This document shows positions 29,282 to 37,151 of a stretch of 55,173 nt of DNA, piece by piece (the first letter of the stretch is position 1; every line of letters begins with the position of its first letter). Position numbers and translations under genes: made by a program. Below the pieces are notes generated by a model. That model was not told the DNA's origin, made no database searches, and saw nothing but the letters and a program-made list of their open reading frames with translations. Origin of the DNA: a virus (Duplodnaviria; Caudoviricetes). The stretch is from positions 1 to 55,173 of IMG/VR virus record IMGVR_UViG_3300048837_000354, one strand, 5' to 3'.

Positions 29282-29901
29282 AGTGCCGCGTAGACCTGTC
29301 GCGGCAACTGATCCACTCTGGTCCGCCCTGCTTCTCTCTCTCCCGAGACATGCCCGGCGTGTCTTTGTAGTCCCGCGCCGACGCCGTCACCCACAACGCA
29401 CTTTCCAGCGGCGAAGGCGATGCGGTCGCGACGGTGAGGCGCGTTGACGGCACAAGCTGGTAGTACGGCCGACCCGCAGGCGTAGCCGATGCCTTCCAGG
29501 TCAGCAAACACTCGATCGAGCCAATTTTTTCTAATCGCTGCTGCAACCTGCTCTCCCATGCAAACGGCGGGTCGGCAAGCGGCGATAAGGCGGAAGTAGT
29601 GTGGCCATAGGTCCCGTTCGTCGTCGGTGCCGAGTTGCTTGCCAGCGACGCTATACGGCTGGCACGGCGCACTGCCCGTCCAGAGTTCGCGACCATCGGG
29701 CCAGCCGGCGAGACGTGCAGCAAGACTCCACCCAGCAATGCCAGCGAAGAAGTGGCACTGTGTGAAGAACTCAAGGTCTTCTGGTTGAACTTCCGTGATG
29801 CTGCGTTCATCCACTTCTCCGTCAGGAATGTGACCGGCTTTGATCAAGTTGCGAATCCACTGCGCGGCGTACGGCTCAAATTCGTTGTAGTAGTTCGACA
29901 T
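28990..29901 (-). CDS. C5 cytosine DNA methyltransferase: motifs I-VIII fused to the beta-type motif IX region (frameshifted state)
   Basis: FFAGIAG, PCQPYS, EQV and HRRDR, then switches to RVDQLPRQ...WATPT...EFVCWLMGFP. Confidence 0.85.
   Translation of the reverse strand: MSNYYNEFEPYAAQWIRNLIKAGHIPDGEVDERSITEVQPEDLEFFTQCHFFAGIAGWSLAARLAGWPDGRELWTGSAPCQPYSVAGKQLGTDDERDLWPHYFRLIAACRPAVCMGEQVAAAIRKNWLDRVFADLEGIGYACGSAVLPACAVNAPHRRDRIAFAAGKCVVGDGVGAGLQRHAGHVSGEREAGRTRVDQLPRQVYAALWATPTHNASVSAASVAAQVKEAERLHPRGQWTLATQIVTVPELLAECGMTPAGFSATTEKPGALASEFVCWLMGFPPEWEDCAPTVMPSSRRSSPK
29250..29810 (-). CDS. Overlapping alternative-frame (beta-type) methyltransferase subunit, N-terminal part
   Basis: ESRLQQRL...LTWKASATPAGRP...RDYKD, recalled as typical of alternative-frame partners of phage C5 MTases; start uncertain. 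Confidence 0.55.
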   Translation of the reverse strand: MNAASRKFNQKTLSSSHSATSSLALLGGVLLHVSPAGPMVANSGRAVRRASRIASLASNSAPTTNGTYGHTTSALSPLADPPFAWESRLQQRLEKIGSIECLLTWKASATPAGRPYYQLVPSTRLTVATASPSPLESALWVTASARDYKDTPGMSREREKQGGPEWISCRDRSTRHFGRLRLTMRR

Positions 29902-29919
29902 GCGCGTGCCTCAAAAACG

Positions 29920-29951
29920 AAAAACCCCGGCTACCTTGCGATAGCCGGGGT
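29920..29951 (-). terminator. Rho-independent terminator upstream of the MTase
   Basis: ACCCCGGCTA-loop-TAGCCGGGGT followed by T-run on the minus strand. Confidence 0.8.
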
Positions 29952-30009
29952 GGACCCTAGGGAGGGCTGTGCAGAGTCATCGGGGACGAACCCCTCTCCT
30001 GCACGGCTA

Positions 30010-30038
30010 ACCCTACGGAACGGCTCCCGGCCTGTCAA
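30010..30038 (-). promoter_or_regulatory. Sigma70-like promoter
   Basis: TTGACA-N17-TAGGGT. Confidence 0.55.
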
Positions 30039-30044
30039 CCGAGA

Positions 30045-30632
30045 TCAGTTGTCCCAGTCCGAGTCGTCGCCCGCGCCTTCCTTGAACTCGGGCTCGACGG
30101 TCTCGAAGCCTTCGGCCGTGTCCGGACGCTCGGTGCCGAAGCGCGTGCCCTCGCCGACGTACTGCACGGCCAGGAGGTTCGCGTTGACCTTCTTGCCCCA
30201 GGAGTTGTCCTGCTTCCACGGCTTGATCTTGATGTTGACGATGCAGCCGGCGTAGAGGATGCCGTCCTTGGGGTTGATCGGCGACATATCACGGTTGAAA
30301 ACGTCGGGCTTGTTGTCGACGTTCTCGGACGCCGAGATCACCCAGTGGCCTTCCTGCTCGGCCTTGCCGCTGTCGTTGCCGTTGCGCAGGAACAGGTTGG
30401 CCGTGCCGACCTTCGCCTTGAAGTATTCCATCTGCAGTTCGCTCAGACGGCCCTTGAGGTACTTGATCGCCTCGGCGTGCGTGGTCTCGGGCAACAGGCC
30501 CTTGCACGAATACTTCAACTTTTCCTTCTCCGGGTTCTTCGCCCACGGCTCGAAGACGTGCGGGTAGGAGAGGACGACGTTCTTGACGATGATGCTGCCG
30601 TCTTCGCAGACGGTGATGTTCTTGATGGACAT
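30045..30632 (-). CDS. DUF2815 family ssDNA-binding protein
   Basis: LSYPHVFEP, LRNGND, YAGC and LLAVQY motifs; acidic tail. Confidence 0.85.
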   Translation of the reverse strand: MSIKNITVCEDGSIIVKNVVLSYPHVFEPWAKNPEKEKLKYSCKGLLPETTHAEAIKYLKGRLSELQMEYFKAKVGTANLFLRNGNDSGKAEQEGHWVISASENVDNKPDVFNRDMSPINPKDGILYAGCIVNIKIKPWKQDNSWGKKVNANLLAVQYVGEGTRFGTERPDTAEGFETVEPEFKEGAGDDSDWDN

Positions 30633-30655
30633 GTTTGATTACTCGCTTTGTCGGT

Positions 30656-31942
30656 TTACTCGCTGTCCCACTCGGCCTCTTCATCGTCGAGGTTGTCGAA
30701 CCCGTCGATGCCAATGGGGTTTCCCTTGTACGGAGGACGCTTGTCGCTTTCGTCCACAATACACGGACCGCCGGGAGGCTTTATGATCATCCCGGCTAGT
30801 TCTTTCCGCTGATCCTTGGTGATCAACTTCATCGCCTGGTTCGGCGACACCATCTTCTTGACGTACACCTTTTCCACTTCAAGATCGCAGTCCAGACGCA
30901 GGAACAACTCGGCCTGACGTTTGTCGGCGAACTTCCGGTGCTTGTCGATCTCAACCAGTTTGACGCCGGGCAGCGCGTGACCGTGACCCATCATCCGCAG
31001 CATCTCACGCGCGATAGCTGTCGCGCGATTGTTGATCATCGGAATCTTGCGCCAGGCGTCGACCAGTTCTTCGTCGGACAGCAGCACCGGGTCGACGTAC
31101 TGCAACTCGGTCTCGCCGTCGAAGCCTGTCTCGATGACCTCGAAGCCCAACGCGCGGCCCTTCGACAGGTACTCCGCTTGCGCGCGGCAGCGGCCGGACA
31201 CCTTGCAGAACCGACACGCCTTCTCGGTCGGGCCGAAGGGCGGGTTTGGCTGCAGCGCACGCTCGTTCTGGCGCTTGATGTGCGCGCAGAGGTCGAGTAG
31301 TTCTTGCCGCGAGATCGTCCACACGTCGCGGTGGTTGAGGCGCGGCTGGCAAATGCGGATGTGGATCGTATGGACATCGTCGAACGGGTCCACGTGCTTG
31401 AGCGAGCCCGAGGCGTAATTGACGCCCTGTAGGTTGTTCTTCGCGAACACCTGAACGCCTTTGCCATACTTGAGGTCGGTGACCCACATCTCGCCCTGGT
31501 GTACGGCAATGTGGTCAGACGTGCCGCCCTGCGGCTCCAACGGGAAACCGTCTTCGTCTTCATCGGGGCACAGATGTGAGATGTCCACGCGGACCTCGAC
31601 GAAGTGATCGCCGGGCAACTCGTTGCACCAGTCGACGTACTCCTGCACGGCCACGACCATTTCGTCGTCGACCTCGAACGCCCAGCCCTCGCCTTCTGCC
31701 GGCGCAGGACGCTTCTCGTGGACGAAGTACGTGTCGCCCTTGAGCGTCACGCCCAGCGTGCAGCCTTCGTACTTCGATGCACGGGCTTTCTTCTGCAGGC
31801 ACAGTTCGCCCAGGTGGTGCGCTGCGGTTCCGTGCGCTGCGTCGCGCGACGGCTGATCGGGTTCTCGCTCGTTCAGCAGCAGCGACGCCGGGCAATCGGC
31901 GACGCGCTGGGAAGAGGATGGTGCGAAGCGGGAGTGCGCCAT
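30656..31942 (-). CDS. DUF2800 / Cas4-like exonuclease
   Basis: HSRFAPSS...CPAS, GTAAH, GTSD, DLKYGKG, QPR and CRFC motifs. Confidence 0.88.
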   Translation of the reverse strand: MAHSRFAPSSSQRVADCPASLLLNEREPDQPSRDAAHGTAAHHLGELCLQKKARASKYEGCTLGVTLKGDTYFVHEKRPAPAEGEGWAFEVDDEMVVAVQEYVDWCNELPGDHFVEVRVDISHLCPDEDEDGFPLEPQGGTSDHIAVHQGEMWVTDLKYGKGVQVFAKNNLQGVNYASGSLKHVDPFDDVHTIHIRICQPRLNHRDVWTISRQELLDLCAHIKRQNERALQPNPPFGPTEKACRFCKVSGRCRAQAEYLSKGRALGFEVIETGFDGETELQYVDPVLLSDEELVDAWRKIPMINNRATAIAREMLRMMGHGHALPGVKLVEIDKHRKFADKRQAELFLRLDCDLEVEKVYVKKMVSPNQAMKLITKDQRKELAGMIIKPPGGPCIVDESDKRPPYKGNPIGIDGFDNLDDEEAEWDSE

Positions 31943-31945
31943 AGG

Positions 31946-32179
31946 TCAGACCAACATCAGCGCGCTTTGCACGAAGTTCAACTTCATGTTCGGCGTGAAC
32001 TCGACAGTGACGTGGACGCCTTTCCTCGACAGCGTCATCGCAACCACTTCGCCGGGCTTGACCTTCTGCACGAGTCGCATGTCTGACGCCCACTTCGGCG
32101 CGCGTTCGTCCTGCGTCGCAATGTATTCCTCGGTGACGCGCACTTTGTCGCCGAGTTCAAAGCGGAAATCTGCGTACAT
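31946..32179 (-). CDS. Hypothetical protein
   Basis: 77 aa, RBS GGAG. Confidence 0.7.
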   Translation of the reverse strand: MYADFRFELGDKVRVTEEYIATQDERAPKWASDMRLVQKVKPGEVVAMTLSRKGVHVTVEFTPNMKLNFVQSALMLV

Positions 32180-32236
32180 GGGTTGCTCCGATCAGTTCGG
32201 TCTGGCGTCTCGCAAAACGGCACACCGAAGCCTCTG

Positions 32237-32263
32237 GAAAAGATGGCGGCCCGGAGGCCGCCA
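32237..32263 (-). terminator. Rho-independent terminator
   Basis: TGGCGGCC-TCCG-GGCCGCCA then TCTTTT. Confidence 0.65.
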
Positions 32264-32287
32264 CCCTAGTTCAACGCACCAGGCCGA

Positions 32288-32758
32288 TTAGGCCAGCGCC
32301 GCGTCGCAGAGCTTGACGGCCTTCTCGTACTGCTCGGGCTTGATCTCGCTCGGCGTCTTGACGCCCAGCTTCGCCATGATCGACTTGGCCTCGTCGACGT
32401 TCTTCTTCTCGCCGCCCTTGTCGCGGACCTTGAGGATCGCGTCGCGCACGTCCTCGGCCGTCAGCGCCTTGGCCGGGGTCGCCGGGCTGTCGCCCCAGTC
32501 GTCGCCGTCGTCACCGCCGGCTTCGGCTTCGGCCGCAGCCTTCGCCGCCGCCGCCGCCGCTTCTGCCGCCGCCTTGATCTCGGCCTTGGTGGGCTTCTTG
32601 CCTTCGGTGGCGGCCGGCGTCGCGGCCCCGGCGTCGTTGCGCGTGATCTGCACGCCGTTCGCGTTGATGTCCTTGAGCACCTGGGTCTGCACGTTGATGG
32701 CATCGGTGTAGCCGACCAGGGCTTTTGCGAGGTTGTCGAGGGTCTGTTCGATGGACAT
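32288..32758 (-). CDS. Hypothetical protein, first gene of the replication operon
   Basis: 156 aa, Ala-rich linker, strong codon bias. Confidence 0.8.
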   Translation of the reverse strand: MSIEQTLDNLAKALVGYTDAINVQTQVLKDINANGVQITRNDAGAATPAATEGKKPTKAEIKAAAEAAAAAAKAAAEAEAGGDDGDDWGDSPATPAKALTAEDVRDAILKVRDKGGEKKNVDEAKSIMAKLGVKTPSEIKPEQYEKAVKLCDAALA

Positions 32759-32845
32759 GTTGATTGCCTTCTTTGGTAGGTAGGGTTAACGGACGCCGCC
32801 GATGGTGGTGCCTTTCGTTCTCACGGAGCGAGACGGTCAGGGCAG

Positions 32846-32899
32846 TTGCGTTTGGCGGTTCCGTGGGACTACTATGGGGCCTAGTAATTGCTATGTCAA
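32846..32899. promoter_or_regulatory. Overlapping divergent promoters
   Basis: Minus strand TTGACA(32899)-N17-CATAGT; plus strand TTGCGT(32846)-N18-TACTAT. Confidence 0.55.
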
Positions 32900-32912
32900 C
32901 TAGGGGTCACCG

Positions 32913-33176
32913 ATGGAACCAATCAAGCCGCGTAGCCAGATGACTCGCCAAGAGATCGTCTCCGTGATCCTCCGTTCGTGCGCGTTGCTCGTCGATCCTC
33001 GCAACGGCCACCTTCGTTCACTGGCTACCGCGTTGGAGCTTCACGAAGTCACGCTGAGCAACTGGATCGCACAAGGCTTCGTGCCGGAGTTCCAGGTGCA
33101 GAAGTTGCAACGCAAGTTCGGTAGCCAAGCCGCCCCGCTCGATGACCTGTGCCCGGTCGAGAACCGCCGCGCGTAA
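32913..33176 (+). CDS. HTH DNA-binding protein (Cro-like)
   Basis: LRSLATALELHEVTLSNWIAQGFVP HTH pattern. Confidence 0.75.
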   Translation: MEPIKPRSQMTRQEIVSVILRSCALLVDPRNGHLRSLATALELHEVTLSNWIAQGFVPEFQVQKLQRKFGSQAAPLDDLCPVENRRA

Positions 33177-33203
33177 TCAACGTCTCGACTCGGGGAAATA
33201 AAA

Positions 33204-35762
33204 ATGTCGCAAGAAGATTTCACCCCACGGGCGCTTGCCCTCGTAGCCAACGGCTACCGCATCATTCCGCTCAACGGGAAAGTCCCCAACGCCGGCAAAG
33301 ACTGGCAAGACATCGTCGCTACTGACGCGACGGTGCATGCGTGGGGTCGCGCCATGCCGCACGCCAACATCGGCATCCTCACCGAACTCACGCCCGCCGT
33401 CGACATCGACATCTACGACGCCGCCGTAGCGGAGCGCATGGAGGCGTGGATCGTCGCCAACGTCGAAGGCGCGGCTCTCGCACCACGACGTGTCGGCCAA
33501 GCGCCCAAGCGCCTGCTGCTCTTCCGCGCAGACGAGAATTTCCGCAAGGTGGACGCAGGCGTGTTCGTCGACCCCCAGGGTGTGAAGCACAAGGTCGAAA
33601 TCCTGTCCAAGGGGCAGCAGTTCGCCGCGTTCGGCATCCACCCGGATACGAAGCAGCCGTTCCGCTGGACCTCGATGGAAGACCCGCTCGATCTCCCGTT
33701 CGACGAACTGCCGGTCCTGACCGTCGAAGACGCGCAGCGCATCGCCGAACAGTTCCGCGCGATCTGCGAAGAACTCGGATGGAAGCGCAAGGGCAAGTCG
33801 ACCAGTGTTGCGTTGTCGCGCCCCGCGCAAGGCGAGGTCAACGGTCTTGAAGGTCACAAGCGCAAGCTCAAGACCACGACCGAGGAAATCCGCGACGCGC
33901 TGAACGTGCTCGATCCCGACACCGGCTACGACTTCTGGCGCGAAGTCGGCATGGCGCTGCATCACCAGTTCGACGGCAGCGACGAGGGCCTTGAGTTGTG
34001 GGACGAGTGGAGCCAGTCGTCGATCAGCTACAGCAACGACGAGATCGTTGAGAAGTGGCCCTCGTTCTCGATCACGCCGGACGGCCGCGCGCCGGTCACG
34101 CTGGCGACGGTCTTCAAGTACGCCAACGACGCGAAGCACCAAGAAGCCGAGGAAGACTTCGAGCGTGTGCTCAATGTCGTGCGCACGTGTACGGACCAGA
34201 GCCAGTTGTTCAAGGACGTGGCGAAGCAGGTAGCCAAGGCGATCACGCAAGAATTCCAGTTCGACGTGGCTGCGAAGAAAATGCAGGACCGCGCGAAAGA
34301 ACTGACCGGCGTGTCGCCGCGCATCGACACCGTGCGCAAGGCCATCTTCAACTACCGCACGCGCGCCGAAGAGACTGGCAACCGCACCCCCGATTGGTGC
34401 GTGGACTGGGTCTACATCGAGAACGGCGACCGCTTTTTCAGCCTGGAGTCGAAGCAGGAACTCACTGAAAAGGGTTTCAACGCCAAGTTCGACCGCTTCG
34501 TGATCTCCGACGAAGACCGCGCCCTCGGCGTGGCATCGCCCGACGCGCACGCGGCGCAGAAGGCCCTCAACGTCTACACCATCCCCACCGTCTACTCGAC
34601 CGTCTACCTGCCGGGCCATCCGCGCATCGTGGAGGTTCTGGGCCGCACGCGGGCGAACACCTACGACGAGACCTCGATTCCCGAGAGCAAGCCCGTGGAG
34701 ACTGACGAAGAGCACGAGGCCGTCCGCCTGGTGCAGCAGCACTTCGAGATCACGTTCCCCGACAAGCGGGAGCGGACTATCGTGATGGACTACCTCGCCT
34801 ACAACATCCAGTTCCCCACCGAGAAGATCGCGTGGGCGCTGTTGATCCAGGGCGCGGAAGGCACCGGCAAGACGTGGATTCTCAAGTTCATGCAGATGAT
34901 GCTCGGCCCGCAGAACGTGTCGCCGCTGTCAGCCGCCGCGCTGCAGGAGCCCACCAACAACGCGTGGGCCGAAGGCGCGAAGATGCTCTTCATCGAGGAA
35001 ATCCGCCTGCACGGCTCGAATCGCTACGAAGTGCTCGACAAGCTCAAAGAGCCGGTGTCGAACGAAGACATCACCATCCGCCGCATGAACCGTGACCGCT
35101 ACACGATCCCCAACGTGACCAACTACGGCGCGTTCACGAACTACTGGGACGCACTGCCGGTCTCGAAGAACAACCGGCGCTACTTCGTCGTTGCAACCCA
35201 ACTGCAGAGCGAGGAAGACGTGATTGCGTTCAACGAACGCTACCCGGACTACTTCACCGACCTGTTCAACGCGATCTACGCACACCCGGCCGCGCTGCGT
35301 GGCTGGATGATGGCGCGCAAGCTGTCGCACTGGTTTGAGCCGAAGAAGCCGGCCCCGGACACCGTCGCCCGCGCGAAGATGGCCGACATGTCGGAAGTGT
35401 CCGAAGAGAACGACGTGCTCACGACGCTGTTGGAGGATTCCACGTCCCCCCTGGTGTGCGACCAGTTGCTCTCGCTCGACGCGCTGGAAGACGCGGCCAA
35501 CAGTGCCGGCGAGATGCTGCCGAAGGGACGCCCGCTGCTGGTGATGCTTGCCAAGGCCGGCTTCCACATGATCGGCCGGATGTCGCTGCAGGAAGGCGGA
35601 CGGAAGACGCGCGTGTTCACGCGCAAGCCCGGCCTATTCGACATGGGCGACACCGACAAGCGGGTTGTCCAGGTGCGACAACTGGTCGCCGGGCACGCGC
35701 TCACGAAGAAGCCGCTGCACCTGGGCTTCGACAAGATCGAGGATGAAGACGAATGGAACTGA
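33204..35762 (+). CDS. Primase-polymerase / primase-helicase
   Basis: Prim-Pol N-terminus (NIGI, VDID, GIHPDT), PriCT-2-like WREVGMALH, P-loop GAEGTGKT. Confidence 0.9.
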   Translation: MSQEDFTPRALALVANGYRIIPLNGKVPNAGKDWQDIVATDATVHAWGRAMPHANIGILTELTPAVDIDIYDAAVAERMEAWIVANVEGAALAPRRVGQAPKRLLLFRADENFRKVDAGVFVDPQGVKHKVEILSKGQQFAAFGIHPDTKQPFRWTSMEDPLDLPFDELPVLTVEDAQRIAEQFRAICEELGWKRKGKSTSVALSRPAQGEVNGLEGHKRKLKTTTEEIRDALNVLDPDTGYDFWREVGMALHHQFDGSDEGLELWDEWSQSSISYSNDEIVEKWPSFSITPDGRAPVTLATVFKYANDAKHQEAEEDFERVLNVVRTCTDQSQLFKDVAKQVAKAITQEFQFDVAAKKMQDRAKELTGVSPRIDTVRKAIFNYRTRAEETGNRTPDWCVDWVYIENGDRFFSLESKQELTEKGFNAKFDRFVISDEDRALGVASPDAHAAQKALNVYTIPTVYSTVYLPGHPRIVEVLGRTRANTYDETSIPESKPVETDEEHEAVRLVQQHFEITFPDKRERTIVMDYLAYNIQFPTEKIAWALLIQGAEGTGKTWILKFMQMMLGPQNVSPLSAAALQEPTNNAWAEGAKMLFIEEIRLHGSNRYEVLDKLKEPVSNEDITIRRMNRDRYTIPNVTNYGAFTNYWDALPVSKNNRRYFVVATQLQSEEDVIAFNERYPDYFTDLFNAIYAHPAALRGWMMARKLSHWFEPKKPAPDTVARAKMADMSEVSEENDVLTTLLEDSTSPLVCDQLLSLDALEDAANSAGEMLPKGRPLLVMLAKAGFHMIGRMSLQEGGRKTRVFTRKPGLFDMGDTDKRVVQVRQLVAGHALTKKPLHLGFDKIEDEDEWN

Positions 35763-36301
35763 CCAAGGTAGGTCCCGGCCACTTCTACGCGGGTGTTGGT
35801 TCGCGCGAGACGCCGGAAGACGTGCGGCGGCTGATGACGAAGATCGCGCGCTCGCTGGCGGAAGCCGGATGGCTCCTGCGCTCCGGCGGTCAGCCGAAGG
35901 GTGCAGACTCCGCGTTCGAGGAAGGGGCTTACACGCTCAGCGGACCGTTCAAGCTCACTAGCACCACGAAAGAAATCTGGTTGCCGTGGCTGGGCGCTTT
36001 CGGTCACACGTCGCAACTGACGCCGACGAAAGAGCACTACGAAGCCGCAGCGCACTACCACCCGAACTGGAACGCGTGCGACAAGTACGCGCGTGATCTG
36101 CACGCCCGCAACGCGCCCGTCGTTCTCGGCGCTGATCTACGCACGCCGGTCAAGTTCGTCGTGTGCTGGACGAAGGACGGTCTAGGCGGTGGTGGCACCG
36201 GCCAGGCGATCCGCATCGCCCGCGCCAACAAGATTCCCGTCTACGATCTCGCGATCCCCGGCACCGGGAAGCTGCTCAAGGCTTTCGTGTCGTCGTCGTG
36301 A
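35753..36301 (+). CDS. SLOG / DprA-Smf-like protein
   Basis: YAGVGSRETP, LRSGG..GADSAFE, HARN and GGTGQAIRIA motifs. Confidence 0.75.
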   Translation: MELTKVGPGHFYAGVGSRETPEDVRRLMTKIARSLAEAGWLLRSGGQPKGADSAFEEGAYTLSGPFKLTSTTKEIWLPWLGAFGHTSQLTPTKEHYEAAAHYHPNWNACDKYARDLHARNAPVVLGADLRTPVKFVVCWTKDGLGGGGTGQAIRIARANKIPVYDLAIPGTGKLLKAFVSSS

Positions 36302-36612
36302 AACGGCGCAGGCGCATCGGAGAGGTCGTATGTCGGTGTGGGCGCTACAAGTTCCCACATCGCATGCTCGGAGGCGCGTGTAACGGTGGCGCGTTCGTCG
36401 ACGCCTACTTCGAGACCAACATCTACGGCGACTGCCGCGACTGTCCGCTGATCGAGACCGATGACGAGGGCGTCGTGCGCTGCCAGGTGTTGAACGGGCA
36501 AGAGCCCGCGCTGCAGTGCCCCGCGTTGATCGAGTACGTGCGCTTCGAGGGCATCAAGCTCTACGGCGAGAACAAACCGCCAGAGCGCGGACCGTTGCGG
36601 TTCCGCCGATAA
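36298..36612 (+). CDS. Cys-rich hypothetical protein
   Basis: GTG overlapping the upstream stop; CRC...PHR...C and CRDC motifs. Confidence 0.7.
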   Translation: MKRRRRIGEVVCRCGRYKFPHRMLGGACNGGAFVDAYFETNIYGDCRDCPLIETDDEGVVRCQVLNGQEPALQCPALIEYVRFEGIKLYGENKPPERGPLRFRR

Positions 36613-36649
36613 AAGAAGGGCCGCCGAGGATTGCCCTGGGCGGCCCTTC
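36611..36649 (-). terminator. Rho-independent terminator of the RNA cluster
   Basis: 11-bp stem GAAGGGCCGCC/GGCGGCCCTTC followed by TTTT on the minus strand. Confidence 0.75.
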
Positions 36650-36686
36650 AAGCTCCCTGACCGGAGTGTGCCCCGTGAAGGCCACG
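36611..36686 (-). ncRNA. Candidate small RNA antisense to the shared RBS motif
   Basis: TTGACA at 36720-36715 with weak -10 (TGAGAT), 5' hairpin, CTCCGGTCAGGGA segment, terminator. Confidence 0.4.
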
Positions 36687-36726
36687 GTGCTATCTCACAT
36701 GCTTTCGCCGGAGATGTCAAACAGGC

Positions 36727-36807
36727 CGCAGCAACGCGCCTCTCCATGTCCGTCAGCCACGTAGGCCCCAGGCTTGGGGTAACGATCCCCGCTGACGCGT
36801 TGCTGCG
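36727..36807 (-). ncRNA. Candidate structured RNA
   Basis: 12-bp perfect closing stem plus inner stems; directly downstream of the tRNA-like element. Confidence 0.4.
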
Positions 36808-36813
36808 ATTTCG

Positions 36814-36883
36814 TGGGCGGCGGCGGGGTTTGAACCCGCATCTACGACTTTGGGTCGACGGCCTTAGCTTAGACGACACCACC
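36814..36883 (-). tRNA. tRNA-like element with aberrant anticodon arm
   Basis: Acceptor GGTGGTG/CGCCGCC, D stem GTCT/AGGC, T arm GCGGG-TTCAAAC-CCCGC; anticodon arm irregular. Confidence 0.55.
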
Positions 36884-36889
36884 CGCATT

Positions 36890-36966
36890 TGGCGACCAGG
36901 GTAGGAGTTGAACCTACAACCGGCGGCTTTGGAGGCCGCTGCTCTGCCGGATTGAGCTACCTAGCC
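36890..36966 (-). tRNA. trnW: tRNA-Trp (CCA)
   Basis: Full cloverleaf: anticodon arm GCGGC-CTCCAAA-GCCGC, T arm GTAGG-TTCAACT-CCTAC, encoded 3' GCCA. Confidence 0.92.
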
Positions 36967-37151
36967 GAATAAGTCGGAGCGGGTATCCTCCGCTCCTGCG
37001 CCCGCGCTTTTCACGAGGCTCTGGGTTGGTCTCTAAGGCGGCCTGCCAGCGCGCCCTTATCCGTCCCTGCGCTGCGCCGCGGCCTTGCCGTTCGCTTGCG
37101 CCCTTTCAGCACCTACCAAGGCGTACATCCCTGGGCCCGCCGTTCGAGTGC

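Noticed and set aside
29955-30006. SAM or SAH riboswitch before the MTase
   Set aside because: No match to the consensus cores I can recall. Kept only as an unclassified structured RNA.
32808-32845. Hammerhead ribozyme in the replication leader (CTGA...stem...GAAA)
   Set aside because: Core reads CTGACCG rather than CTGANGA, and no third stem is evident
37057-37130. tmRNA-like tag ORF in the tRNA leader
   Set aside because: The 23-aa peptide lacks a hydrophobic Ala-Ala tag end, and there are no tRNA-Ala-like termini
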